Below the pieces are notes generated by a model, which was not told the origin of the DNA, ran no database searches, and worked only from the letters and a program-made list of their open reading frames with translations. This document shows, piece after piece, positions 44,817 through 56,167 of a stretch of DNA of 64,000 nt (the stretch's first letter is position 1; each line of letters starts with the position of its first letter). The stretch covers positions 60,264,001 to 60,328,000 of the forward strand of contig OZ024745.1 of NCBI GenBank assembly GCA_964016885.1, written 5' to 3'. The position numbers and the translations under genes were made by a program. Source of the stretch: Eledone cirrhosa. Taxonomy: Eukaryota.

Positions 44817-44935
44817 TTATTATAAGATATATGACGTCAGCTTCATAGTATTTACAAATCTATGTGAAAAAAAAATATTTTGCAAGTTAAGGACTAATAT
44901 TAAGAAAAATAATTTCATTATTTTGTGGGTTGGAT

Positions 44936-45149
44936 AAGGACGGTGGATTGGCAGTATCGGCAGAGCGTCGGACAATATGCTTTGTGGTATATAGTTACGA
45001 TCCTTTATGTTGTGAGTTCAAATCCCGTCGAGGTCAACGTTGCCTTTCATCGATAAAGTAAAGCACCAGTAATGCACTTGGGTCGATTTAATCGACTTTC
45101 CCCTCCCCTTCAAATTGCTGGCCTTGTTCCTAAAGTAGAAACAATTATT
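44936..45149 (+). mobile_element. tRNA-derived SINE family A, near full length
   Basis: A-box-like TGGCAGTATCGG, B-box GAGTTCAAATCCC, core GAGGTCAACGTTGCCTTTCAT, tail GGCCTTGT...GTAGAAACAATTATT. Confidence 0.8.
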
Positions 45150-45152
45150 TTG

Positions 45153-45350
45153 TAGATTGGCAGAATCGTTAAGCGTAGAAAAAATTTGCTTTGCGGCATT
45201 TGGTTCAAATTGCGGCGAGGTCAACTTTACCCTTCATTCTTTCGTAATCGATAAAATAAAATACCAGTTAAGTACTGGAATCGATATAATCGATTTTCTC
45301 CTTGCCTCAAATTTGCTGGCCTTGTGTTAATGTTACAAAGAATTATTTTG
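45153..45350 (+). mobile_element. tRNA-derived SINE family A, diverged copy in tandem with the previous one
   Basis: TGGCAGAATCGTT...GGTTCAAATT...GAGGTCAACTTT...TCGATAAAATAAAATACCAG...GCTGGCCTTGTG. Confidence 0.75.
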
Positions 45351-46350
45351 TTGGTTGTGGCTACGATTAATTCTCTCCCTGCACAATAGGGATGATACAG
45401 TCAACAAGCTTCTGTTGGCTGTTAATCGTGCTTGTAAGATAATTAAATGTTGAAAATGTATTTAATATAGTTATTTTATGGTAAATTTGATTTATTAATT
45501 ACATGGGGAAATGTATATATTTCTATTATTTTAAAGCTCTATTGCAAATGTTGAGATTCTAATTCGCAAGAAAATGGCGGCAGTAAGAAGAGTTGTGTTT
45601 CTCATATCTTACTTCATCTCAACTTTACAGAGAGAGTATGTGTGCCTAATCTACTTCAACACCATAGAATTAATTTCATATCTATAAACTACTATTTGAA
45701 CAAATTTCATTAAAATTTATACTTTATTTTCGGAAATATAAAAGTTTGAAGTATGCTAACCGAGTTTTACAGTGTAAGTGGAGCTGACTAAATTTTAAAA
45801 TAAACCTGTATAAATAACTGAAATTTGAATAAAAAGTACACAGGAAGAAAGTTTTATGTCTCCTGATGAGGATTACCGGTGAAAATCTTTTTAAAAATTA
45901 CTTTAATTGTTTACAACCAGCTGATGAAGTTGGATAATAAACACACTAGCTGTACAAGGAGGAGCGACAGGCAATGTTGTATGTTTTCTACTACGTCCGC
46001 GCGCTGTTTACATCGGTTGGTGGTGGAGGAGGTTGTGGCTGATACATTTTATACATCCTGTAGAGACTTTCGTTCTGCTGAATGCTGCTATAACTATTGC
46101 TACTTCTCTCGCACTCTAATCTACACTTTTCTGTAGTTGTCAATTATTACCTTTCCATTTAGTTTTGAAACGTTTCTGTCGCTACCTGTATATTTATACA
46201 CTTATCAAATGAAAACTATTAATTTGTTTTTATTTTTTCTACATTTCTTTAAAGAATAAAAACTAACGTAAGATGTGTAAAATTATGCATCATTTTAAAT
46301 ATAAATTACATTTGTATCAATTTTCAGATCTTTCAAATTAAAGTGTCAAA

Positions 46351-46522
46351 CATAAGTTTAAACTCAGCAGTAGTGAAGCACAAATAGCTAGACACTTCAA
46401 TGAAGTTTGGGGCCGAGGAAGTGTAATGAATGTACAGTACAACGTTGGTTTTAAATATTCTGTCCTGGTGAATTCACTCAAAATAATAAAGACTATCGTG
46501 GACGTTTTTTTCTGCCATTGTC
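46351..46522 (+). pseudogene. Decayed mariner-family transposase N-terminal (HTH) fragment
   Basis: Manual translation: HKFKLSSSEAQIARHFNEVWGRGSV, a frameshift, then NECTVQRWF*IFCPGEFTQNNKDYRGR. This matches the mariner pattern FKxG...ARNIN..G...NERTVQxWF...G...RxGRP. Confidence 0.7.
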
Positions 46523-47084
46523 GTCGTAGCTTGGTGGTAGAAAATCCTTGCGGAACAGTTGGAGATCTTGGGGGAGGGGACAAGATGTAGGTATTGGAAC
46601 AACTTCTGAACATTTGAACGGAACTGAAAGGTCGAAGAAAGCTAAAAATGCGCCTGCTAAAAAAAAAGTTACGAAATCTAAGCCTAAATAATAAAATGTC
46701 TGCTGTTTTGTATGTAAAGGGAGTGAACTAATGTGTTCTCTAAACAAATTTGAAATGTACAACCTTGTAGGCAACATGATTCTTTAATTTTGATATCACT
46801 CGGATACTTACATTTACATATTTGTGTCTGCATGTAGGCTTTATTCGGGCTATATCTTAATGCTGACGTTGATAGGGTGAGGGCTTCTCGTGCGTTTTCT
46901 CACTCTGACAATAAATCTATATTTTTAGAAGCGTTTGCGTGTATTTTGACTCTTTGCGTGGACCTGTAACTCCTGGTAGAGTCGTATGGGCACATTTCGT
47001 GGGCATATTTTGTTCAAACCTGGTGGAGCCCATTCCCTTTGCAGATCTGAAAACGGCCACTTCTTCCAAAGTGAGAAAGAGATA

Positions 47085-47245
47085 TAGAGGAAGAATCTAC
47101 TCCAGTACTGGACTGGTGCTTTTTATTTAAAGTATGAAAAGCAATGTTAACCTCGGCGGGATTTGACTCGGAGCGCAGAGAACCGGAACGACTACTGCAA
47201 ACCATTCTATCTGTCGTTTTAACGCCTCCGCCGATTTGTCGCCTT
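47085..47245 (-). mobile_element. Diverged SINE family A copy
   Basis: Reverse complement of the family A core and head: CTGGTGCTTTTTATTT...ATGAAAAGCAATGTTAACCTCGGCGGGATTTGACTC. Confidence 0.65.
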
Positions 47246-47804
47246 TTGACGCGTTACACTCTCAGCGCATTTACCCATTTTACATATCTTAAAAACATAA
47301 ATTAGAATTATCACAATATTGTCATCGTTCTGCATTGACCGATTGATTACTTTGGAACACTTTTCACTCTGTGAGTGGATTTATATCATAATAGATGTAT
47401 TTATTCAATCGCATCAAAAACTTCATTACCCCATTCATTAAACACTTAAAACTCGATCTATAATTCATCCTGTTTATCTTCGATTTGAATCCGCTACCTA
47501 ACTGCTTGCACTGCCATAAAGGCCATAAACTTTATGGCAGTACATGTAGTACCAGAACGGTTCTTGTGAGTTCGTTTGTAAATTTGCCACCTTACATACG
47601 TACAAATAAAATTATTTGAACTTTTATAATGACTCATTCAATTATTTATATTTGCGGTGAAGATACTCGTTATAAACCAGATCTACCCCTTTTAAAGGTG
47701 GATAAGCACCTAATACATATATATCGGGTGGGGAGTGTTTTATTATTCGCTGCCCACATGAAGCTCTGCATTTCAGAAATATCGTTCAGTTTGATGTTTT
47801 ATAT

Positions 47805-48056
47805 TACTTGGATTAGATCAAGGAAGGCGTGGGGAAGATACTTCACTAATCCACACGGGAATTATCGACAAACTGTTTTTCCAGCCTGTGGTGTTTGAGA
47901 CGTTTCGAGGAGCGGGGTTACTGACAATGAAGTCTTTATCATCGTTGCCGGCACGCCTTACCGAGGTATCAGGTGATGCCCGTGAGGGTATTGGTTGTTT
48001 CAACCCTGTAGCCACGTTATCACCCGCGGTAGCGCTGCCAGTATGTTGGCTTGCAT
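47805..48056 (+). pseudogene. Decayed C-terminus of a CRE-like (restriction-like endonuclease) non-LTR retrotransposon ORF
   Basis: Manual translation: FQPVVFETFRGAGLLTMKSLSSLPARLTEVSGDARE, a frameshift, then WLFQPCSHVITRGSAASMLA. This resembles the CRE C-terminal pattern FxPxxxET.G...L..L..RL...SGDxRE..L.QRxS....RGNAASIL. Confidence 0.55.
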
Positions 48057-48135
48057 AAAAAACTATCACAAAAAATTGTTAGTGTTAACTTAATACATTC
48101 TTTTTGACTTACAAGTGAAATATTTATGTTATTAA

Positions 48136-48272
48136 ATAATTGTTTCTACTTTTGGCACAAGGCCATCAATTACCCAGTACATTACTGGTACTTTATTTTA
48201 TCGACCCCGTAAGGATGAAAGGCAAAGTTAACCTCAGCGGGATTTGAACTCAGACCGCAAAGGGACGTAACT
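48136..48272 (-). mobile_element. SINE family A, 5'-truncated
   Basis: AATAATTGTTTCTAC...CACAAGGCC...TACTGGTACTTTATTTTATCGACCCCGTAAGGATGAAAGGCAAAGTTAACCTC...GATTTGAACTCAG. Highly similar to the copy at 63706. Confidence 0.85.
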
Positions 48273-48943
48273 TAAATAACGCAGATGTATGTGTGTACGT
48301 GTCAGCTATGATCGAACAAACCATGACAAATTTCCTAATCATAACTAACCTGATATTTTTAATCTATGTCTACATTATCAATAATCTATTTTCAGGCTTT
48401 AAACTACGTTAGGAAAGCAAGTCCCAACTGATAGATGTGATTTGGCTGTTGTTTCTAGCAGATCAATTAGCTACAGAGAGACTCCTTCGTTCGCTCGTTT
48501 TAAAGACGGTTAGTGGCTAGCTACTTTTGGCGGCAATGTAAGCGACATATCATTTACTCGGTCTATTTCGGTTGCGTGAATTTTGTTTGCATTGAGACCG
48601 AGTGTATAGGTTGATTGCCATGGTTTAACGCGTCGTTGGTGATAGTCTGATTTTCTATGACGCAATAAATTCTAGAAAGTTATAATACTAGAGAAACACA
48701 TTAAATTAAATACTTTCCAACTACTGAGCTGAACGTCTTCGGTTGTTGTGTAGGATCCATTTTTCATCGCACGTAACAAGAAAAACAAGGGCAAAAGCAG
48801 ACTTCATTACGGAGATTTGGTGGTGGGGTAGTGGTGGGTTAGGGTTCATTCAATTCGTGTGACATCGATTTTTCCAGCCAGATTCTTCGACTTTCCAATC
48901 CAATTCAAATGTTCAGAAACTGTTCCAATACTATATATAGACA

Positions 48944-49075
48944 CAAGGTGGACCAAAAGTCGTGATACATAGGAAAAATAATTGTTTATTAGAAAATAAC
49001 ACGTTAAAAAATAAATTAGTATGGAAACTTAAAACTGTAATTATTTTTCTTATGTATTGCGACTTTTGGTCCACC

Positions 49076-49078
<3 letters not shown>
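48944..49078. mobile_element. Tc1/mariner-type MITE (~135 bp, ~40-bp TIRs)
   Basis: Left end CAAGGTGGACCAAAAGTCGTGATACATAGGAAAAATAATT pairs with right end AATTATTTTTCTTATGTATTGCGACTTTTGGTCCACCCTG. CAGGGTG-type terminus, followed by TA on the right. Confidence 0.8.
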
Positions 49079-49131
<53 letters not shown>

Positions 49132-49141
49132 CTACCACTTG

Positions 49142-49199
<58 letters not shown>

Positions 49200-49209
49200 C
49201 TACCACTTG

Positions 49210-49246
<37 letters not shown>
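49079..49246. repeat. (TA)n microsatellite with two identical GCTACCACTTGTAA islands
   Basis: The 14-mer occurs at 49131-49144 and 49199-49212 within TA runs. Confidence 0.95.
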
Positions 49247-49251
<5 letters not shown>

Positions 49252-49276
49252 ATAGAGGTGTAACACACAAGTTATG

Positions 49277-49578
49277 ATATATTGGTAAACGGAATAGAAA
49301 ATGCTGACAAATTGTTCACAGTGAAAAATAGTTTAATTAGGAATAAGTGAGAATTAGTAATAGTATTGGTTAGTATTCAGTTTTGGTTTTTAGTTTTACC
49401 GGTTGCGCATTTCTAATGCTTTTCAAAAATAATTTTGAGATAGAGCGTCCGTGATGTTTGCTCTGAAAAACTAAAAACCAAAACTGAATACTAACCAATA
49501 CTATTACTAATTCTCACTTATTCCTAATTAAACTATTTTTCACTGTGAACAATTTGTCAGCATTTTCTATTCCGTTTA

Positions 49579-49586
<8 letters not shown>
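49277..49586. repeat. Inverted repeat, ~120-bp arms with ~70-bp spacer, right arm abutting (TA)n
   Basis: 49277-49397 (ATTGGTAAACGGAATAG...GGTTTTTAGTTTT) is the reverse complement of ~49467-49586. Confidence 0.95.
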
Positions 49587-49646
<60 letters not shown>

Positions 49647-49649
<3 letters not shown>

Positions 49650-51185
49650 ATAATAATAAATTTGAAGACTAAAATCCAAAGAGGGCTCGATAAGGATAAA
49701 TATATATCAAATATATAAGAACCGTAGAGCAAATATTTATTAAAATAACAGATTACAGTTTAAGCAAAGAATCGCTGCTTTCACCCTTAACGGGATCTTC
49801 TGAAACTAACAAAGTCAATCTGTAAACGCAGAACTGGATATTTCAAAAAACGTAGCGTACGTGTAGGTTTGCTCAACGAGCATAAATTATATTCCGGAGA
49901 AAATGTAGAAAAGATGAATATAAAATGAAAGTGCTTTTTTTTTAAAAAAGAATTTATTAGGTATTGACATATGTTTCTGTAACAGACGGAATACCTATGT
50001 ATCGCTGCTTGCGTAATCATATAATGTTAGCAAGTATTCGATAGCAAATGTATAATCAGTTGTCACTTCTTCAGAGATATTGGATAAATTGGAAAAAATC
50101 AGAAAAATTGAAGTATTTATATTAGTTGTAATAAAGGAAGAAGAGAGGGGATAGTATATGACAGATGGCAATTCAATTTACTGGTAAACAAGTATATAAA
50201 GGGTTTCTAATGAGAATACAATGAGTATATGGTTTATTTTATCTAAATAAGAATTTTGGGGAGTGCCTATTTTAATCTATACTCGACCAATTGAACAATG
50301 GACAGGGCTGGTCGTTTGGTGTAGTAGTATTAATTATAAAGTGTCAATTAAGGAAGAGGGAGATTTTCACTGCTACTGAATAACAACAATGCTGGTAGCC
50401 TGCTGGTATATGCATTAGGGAATTGAATTAAGAAATCTCATTTTATCTATAGCAGTTTATATTAAATTGTAAAGAATAGAAGAGTTGATAGAATTAAGAC
50501 TAATAGAGAATGTTAAAATGTATTTCACAATCAAACGGAGATGGAGACAGGCGTTCAATCCTGGTAGTGTTTGTAATATGAAAATGTAGATTTTAAGCGA
50601 TGTTACAGTATAACGATCGCTCTATTCTGTTATTTAATAAAATATTTTTGGATTTCATAATACAAAATAATTCCATATTACACAATTCACAAAATTCCTG
50701 AGATTTCTTAATTCAATTCCCTAATGCATATACCAGCAGGCTACCAGCATTGTTGTTATTCAGTAGCAGTGAAAATCTCCCTCTTCCTTAATTGACACTT
50801 TATAATTAATACTACTACACCAAACGACCAGCCCTGTCCATTGTTCAATTGGTCGAGTATAGATTAAAATAGGCACTCCCAAAAATTCTTATTTAGATAA
50901 AATAAACCATATACTCATTGTATTCTCATTAGAAACCCTTTATATACTTGTTTACCAGTAAATTGAATTGCCATCTGTCATATACTATCCCCTCTCTTCT
51001 TCCTTTATTACAACTAATATAAATACTTCAATTTTTCTGATTTTTTCCAATTTATCCAATATCTCTGAACAGTATATGATTACGCAAGCAGCGATACATA
51101 GGTATTCCGTCTGTTACAGAAACATATGTCAATACCTAATAAATTCCTTTTTTAAAAAAAAGCATTTTCATTTTATATTCATCTT

Positions 51186-51190
<5 letters not shown>
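49647..51190. mobile_element. Fold-back PLE-like insertion between (TA)n tracts: minus-sense arm with HHR plus a ~500-bp inverted arm
   Basis: 49906-50440 is the reverse complement of 50699-51190, apart from a ~40-bp indel and a few substitutions. HHR at 49748-49823. (TA)n on both sides. Confidence 0.75.
49748..49823 (-). ncRNA. Type I hammerhead-like motif with variant core CAGAAGA
   Basis: Minus strand: stem I AGUUU/AAACU plus distal ACAGAUU/AAUCUGU; CAGAAGA; U-CCC-GUUAA-GGG-U; GAAA; stem III AGCA/UGCU; cleavage triplet CUU. Confidence 0.65.
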
Positions 51191-51258
<68 letters not shown>

Positions 51259-51383
51259 AAAAAATAGGGAGAAGAATACTGCATGGTTGCACATGGATAA
51301 CATGTTAAAAAATGAGTCCCTCATCAGTGATTTACCAACGGTCATAAGTATTTCATTGCATTATATATATATATATAAAAATA

Positions 51384-51459
51384 ACAGATTAAAGTTTAAG
51401 CAAAGAATCACTGCTTTCACCCTTAACGGGATCTTCTGAAACTAAAACAATCAGTCTGT
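51384..51459 (-). ncRNA. Second copy of the CAGAAGA hammerhead-like motif, on a short fragment (~51377-51490) next to (TA)n
   Basis: Same core and stems as 49748-49823. Differences fall in loops and the distal stem I. Confidence 0.65.
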
Positions 51460-51608
51460 GAACTCAAAAATAAGTATTTCGAAAAACGTTGAACCGAAGG
51501 AAAACAGGAAGACGATACTTTGGTTCGTGAAGACGTTCCCTGGCAATGAACGGAAAAAAGCGAAGATAATACGTCGTTATGTGATGAAAAGACAAAAACC
51601 GGCCTTCA

Positions 51609-52011
51609 GGTAGTTTTCTGCTAGCATGTGTAGTGTGTATATTGATATTATACGCAAGTATATGTGCATGTAGATATGATCAAATAAAATCATAATTGAC
51701 AATATACACAGAAATTGAACGAAGACTGTGTTACACTGTCTTACGTAATCAGTAACGTACTCCATGTTACATTAAAAAAAGACGATATTATATATAAACT
51801 GTATTAGGAAAAAATTAGTGACAGAAATATATGAATATTTATTTAAACGATCGCTAACCGGAAGTGTTGACATTTGAAAATTTTAAAGAAGTGAATCTTT
51901 AAATAAGTAATAAAATATATTTAATGAACAGCCACGAAATTTAGTAGATAAATTATGTAATATTCATTCATTATTTATTCAAAGTAATCCAACTTATTTT
52001 ACTAAGAGGAT
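51609..52011 (-). mobile_element. ~400-bp AT-rich dispersed repeat, inverted diverged copy of 63181-63583
   Basis: Colinear reverse-complement similarity, e.g. TTTTCTGCTAGCATGTGTAGTGTGTATATTGATATTATACG and ATTATTTATTCAAAGTAATCCAACTTATTTTAC. Confidence 0.85.
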
Positions 52012-52495
52012 GACAACTTATAAACCGTACGCAGTCCCGCGCTTCTTACTTTATTATAGTTTAGATTCTTTTTAGGAAACCGTTATGCAAGCCATCCATA
52101 TAAAATATTAGATATTAGCAAACACGTGTTATTGATGTTGCTGTCGCTGATGTCGCTTTAGATTGCTTGTCAAGCCAGAAAGTAACTTACATGTGATACC
52201 ACAGTGTGCAGATAAGATTCGCACCTAGTTGAGTTTGATTGACCTGGTGCCGTGTTAGTCCACCTGCTGAGTGACGCACTTTGGTATAGATACCACATGC
52301 AAAATCAAGATTTATGGGGTACTCAATAGTGTTATCGATTAATAAATACTTTACTCCGTTCCTGCACCAACCACTGGATACCACATCTACGATGGATGAC
52401 TTCCATAACATTGAGTGCTTTGACTGATTTGTTACAGCATGATTTACCTACCAGAACCACCAGTTCTACACTTAGGTAATCAAAATAACTTAAAT

Positions 52496-52573
<78 letters not shown>

Positions 52574-52576
<3 letters not shown>

Positions 52577-53745
52577 GATAAAAAGGACGATTGATTATTC
52601 CTTCATTGCATTTATTGATAGGTGACGCGCGTTTCGCCACTGATCAGCTCAAGGTTCGATCTATATCGATCTTACCCGACTCAATAATCCGCAGCTCAAC
52701 GGACCTTCCTGAAATGCTATAAGTAAATGAAATACATGCTATGTGATAAAGTCAGATATTCAAGAGTTTGACAAAATGAGTTGTTTTGATTGGTGGGAAG
52801 GGTCAAGGCGATGTACTGGCCTGTAGTGTGTATGGGGTGGGTGTGATGGTGAGATGTTGGTGACGATGGGTGGATGAGATGGGCTGTGGTGTGGTGGTGG
52901 TTGATTGGCCTTGGCGTGTAAAGTATGTGTGGGTGTGGATGTCATGATATGGTGGTGGTTATGGTTGCTTAGTGGGATGGGCTGTGGTATGAGGTTAGTG
53001 GATTGTCAGTAGACGGGTTGGTGTGTGTGGGGGTGTGGTATTGGTGTCGCTGTCTATGGTAGTGGCGTTTGTGGTGGTGTGGCGGATGTACACTCATACG
53101 TCCGTATGTGTAAGAATACTTACACACCGACACACACGCTATTGTTGTTTGGGGAGTGGTGGTGTGCGTTGTTGGTGTTGGTGAAGTATGGAGTTGTGTT
53201 TTGTGGTGGTGGAGTTGTGAGGGACAAAAATATATATACAGGATCGAATACCGGTTAGAAGGTGTTTATGGACGTACGGCGATGTGGGTTGTGGATATGG
53301 TGATGGTGGTGGTGCTGGGGTGATGTGTTTGACAAGATGATTACATGAGCAGAGGTTACGGTGTGTTATAGGGTAAGGCAGACGGGGGGTGGGGGTTCTA
53401 TAATACAGTCGATCTGGGAGCGAGGGGTGATATGTGTTGATGATGTTAATGATAATGATTGTTGAGGTATTTGGATGTATCTAGTGGTGGCGGTGGTTGT
53501 GTGTGCGTGCGACAGTACAATTACAGGGTCGAATTTAGCGTGGGGTTGTAGGTTAGGGTAGACAGATGGAACATGGGGGGATGAGGTTGTAGGCGTGTAT
53601 GGTAGGCATATGACGATGTGTGGTGTGGTGGTGGCGATGGTGTGATATGATCGACATTGTATTTACAAGATCCCTTGTCATTGTGGATTGCAAGGTAGAA
53701 CGTATCATAGGATACCGATCTAATACGATACCGATCTAATACATA
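52574..53745 (-). mobile_element. Probable PLE 3' region: CA-rich low-complexity tract ending in a half HHR plus AATAAA, bounded by (TA)n
   Basis: Minus strand reads GAAA-CGCGCG-TC-ACCTATC-AATAAA (plus strand 52611-52635), the same layout as the other PLE tails here. The 5' core of the HHR is not recognisable. Confidence 0.45.
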
Positions 53746-53794
53746 CATATATATATATATTCTCTTATATTTTTTTCTTTATTTGCTTAGTTGT

Positions 53795-54143
53795 ATTTAT
53801 AAAATTTTTGTCTTTTATTTAATAGAATGTCTTTCGATTTAGTAATTTCAAAAATTTCTTTTTACAATTATTAACTGCTTCCGCTAAAGAAGTGGTATTA
53901 GCTAATCTTGTGTTTCGAAAATTGTGGGTGTGTGCATAAAATCTCTATTTAAATTTAAACGGGTTAGATGTGGATCCAATATAGGATTGATTAGAGTCCT
54001 TAGTGGTAATTATACATTTATACACTATATTATTAATTAAGCAATTTCCATTTAAGGGGCAATTACTTTTTACTCTACAATTACAACCGTTTGTACATAG
54101 GGTTTCAGATGTGCTTGCTATATTCCCAATAACAGTGCTAGTA
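53795..54143 (-). pseudogene. Decayed Penelope-like GIY-YIG endonuclease domain (not in ORF track)
   Basis: Manual minus-strand translation: CNCRVKSNCPLNGNCLINNIVYKCIITTKDSNQSYIGSTSNPFKFK*RFYAHTHNFRNTRLANTTSLAEAV, then after a deletion ILLNKR. In-frame stop at 53945-53947. Confidence 0.85.
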
Positions 54144-54144
54144 T

Positions 54145-54633
54145 TTGTATTTACATTTTAATATGAGAGAGGCATTTACCAACCCTACCATAAACCAAGC
54201 CAAAACCTGCATTATATACACTCACAATCTAACCACTTTACAAAATAGATGCCTAGAGACAAATATAGTATACCTATGTACTATAAATTCAGGTAGCTTA
54301 GCATGGCATTACATTGGTTCCACAGCTGGGGAGTTTAAGAAAAGGTGGTACGTACATAGACACTCTATGATTAACAGGAATCTCTTAAATACAACGACTC
54401 TCGCCAATAAAATCTGGCAACTCAAGGATGCAAACATGGAATATAAAATCAGCTGGACAAAGCTATCAAAAGCAACGGCCTATCAAATTGGTATGTCCCA
54501 CTGCGGTCTCTGTAATATGGAACTTTTCCAAATTTTAAATTACAACAAAATGCTTCTTAACAGTAAAATTGAAAGAACTGTTTTCTGTCGACATAAATCG
54601 GCGACCAAATTTGAGAACTTTAGACCAGCTTAA
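54145..54633 (+). CDS. GIY-YIG endonuclease domain of a 5'-truncated Penelope-like retroelement
   Basis: CL..NIVY.C...YIGST..FKKRW..H..S...TTLA..IWQLK...I.W...Y...CGLC..E...LLNSK.E...CRH is the PLE endonuclease signature. No RT upstream; the ORF-track start is probably not a real start. Confidence 0.85.
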   Translation: MYLHFNMREAFTNPTINQAKTCIIYTHNLTTLQNRCLETNIVYLCTINSGSLAWHYIGSTAGEFKKRWYVHRHSMINRNLLNTTTLANKIWQLKDANMEYKISWTKLSKATAYQIGMSHCGLCNMELFQILNYNKMLLNSKIERTVFCRHKSATKFENFRPA

Positions 54634-55680
54634 TTCCATCTCATCTATTCCATAACCCAGATTGTACCACTTGGATCTATTATAATATCACATTATCAGC
54701 ATCATCATCGTTATGGTTATGATTATAATTATAATTGTCATCATCTATCAAAGAACAACATCAAAACCTCTTATATTTACATTCTTATTTTATATATCTC
54801 TATCTTTCACTCTCTATCTTTATATTTCTCTCCCTAAATTTATTTCATCTCTGAAATTTTATTTTATCATATAATATAACTTAAAACTAATTAATTAATT
54901 TATTTATTAAAATAACCAATACACACATAAATATATTTAACATTATCATATTTGTACCTTCATATCTCTCCATATATTTTAACAATTCTCAAAAACCACT
55001 CTCAATAATTTTAATGTTTAAATACTCTTCGCACATTTTTACTTCTTTTACGTATTTATTTTCATTTTTCATTTTTCACATTTTATACCATTTTATATCA
55101 CATTAGATGTAATTTATTTATTTATTTATTTATCTATTTTTATCTATTTTTTATATATTTATTTTTATTTTTATTTACATTTATTCATGTATAAACGTTT
55201 ATTCATTTATTGCTGATATTATTTTTCCCTCTAGTTTTCTTTCTATCCTACGTTATTTCTCCTTATGCTTGTCTCTCCTCTGTATACCATCATTTTCCAT
55301 ATATTTTCTTCTCTTTATATTTTTCTCTGTAATCGTTTCTCCTTATTCTTCTTCTTTTTCTTTTTCCTTCTTCTTTTTTTCTTTTTTCTTTCCTCTCTTT
55401 CTTTACTGTATCTATCTCCCTTTCTTCCTTGTTTTCTTCCTTCTTTTATTAATATTATTATTGATAATCTAATTTGAATTTGTAAATTTGCCGGTTATAT
55501 ATATTTTTTATAACAGTTTCCGAAGATCTGATCGAGCTAACATCGTATTTAAAATTGAGTGGCACTGCTTCTAGTGTTGAGCAATTTTTAGACAACTTTA
55601 TCAGTGAAACAATTGTTAGACTGTAAATAAATCCCCTTTTTGTGTACTGCTGACCATGTTATTCTCCACTTTTTTTAATT
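54230..55680 (+). mobile_element. Penelope-like element 3' portion (EN, AT/pyrimidine-rich 3' UTR, HHR, AATAAA)
   Basis: GIY-YIG ORF followed by HHR at 55513-55624 and AATAAA at 55626-55631, ending at a TA run. Confidence 0.75.
55513..55624 (+). ncRNA. Type I hammerhead-like motif with variant core CCGAAGA and long loop II
   Basis: Stem I ACAGUUU(55513-19)/AGACUGU(55618-24); CCGAAGA 55520-26; U-CUGAU...AUCAG-U enclosing 67 nt; GAAA 55606-09; palindromic stem III ACAAUUGU; triplet GUU; AAUAAA immediately after. Confidence 0.7.
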
Positions 55681-55690
55681 ATATATATAT

Positions 55691-55896
55691 ATAGGAACAA
55701 GTATGACCCCGACGGCAGAGCTCAAGCCGTTTCGACGGTTATTTCTGGACTAAAATTTTAGTCCAGAAATAGCCGTCGAAACGGCTTGAGCTCTGCCGTC
55801 GGGGTCATACTTGTTCCTATTACCCACTCTACTACCCTAAGTATTGAGTACTTTGGTGCGTTATGGTCCATCTGGTTCCTTACCACAATTCCTTCG

Positions 55897-55899
<3 letters not shown>
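55691..55899. mobile_element. Short fold-back insertion in (TA)n: 130-bp palindrome plus 79-bp tail, containing the 3' half of an HHR
   Basis: 55691-55820 is palindromic about TAAAA|TTTTA with one mismatch. It contains GAAA-CGGC...GCCG-TC (stem III plus GUC). Same family as 62560-62679. Confidence 0.8.
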
Positions 55900-55950
<51 letters not shown>

Positions 55951-56167
55951 GGGATAACAAGTTATCGTTGTAGGTAGTCCACTTAGAGGTAGTCCAGTTA
56001 GAGTACTCCGTGTTGTGGATGGTTTTAACGTATGGCTAAGTTTGACTCAACAAGACACTTCCATGCAGCGAGTTCGCGGTGATTTCTATGTAGGTTATAC
56101 TTGGAGTAATAATAATTCTAAAAATAAGAGTAACATGCATGGCTGTACAATAAGGGCTTTATTGACA

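Noticed and set aside
45855-45955. Two CTGATGA motifs (45863, 45921) as hammerheads
   Set aside because: I could not build consistent stems I-III. The second motif lacks GAAA.
46540-46691. Lys-rich reading frame ending SKKAKNAPAKKKVTKSKPK*
   Set aside because: Short, with no start, clear splice acceptor or recognisable domain. It could be a pseudogene scrap but is unsupported without BLASTX.
47510-47541. 12-bp hairpin ACTGCCATAAAG/CTTTATGGCAGT
   Set aside because: Isolated, and its loop duplicates part of the arm. Likely a local template-switch scar with no evidence of function.
53711-53742. 16-bp direct tandem GATACCGATCTAATAC x2
   Set aside because: A small end-of-insertion duplication with no further structure.
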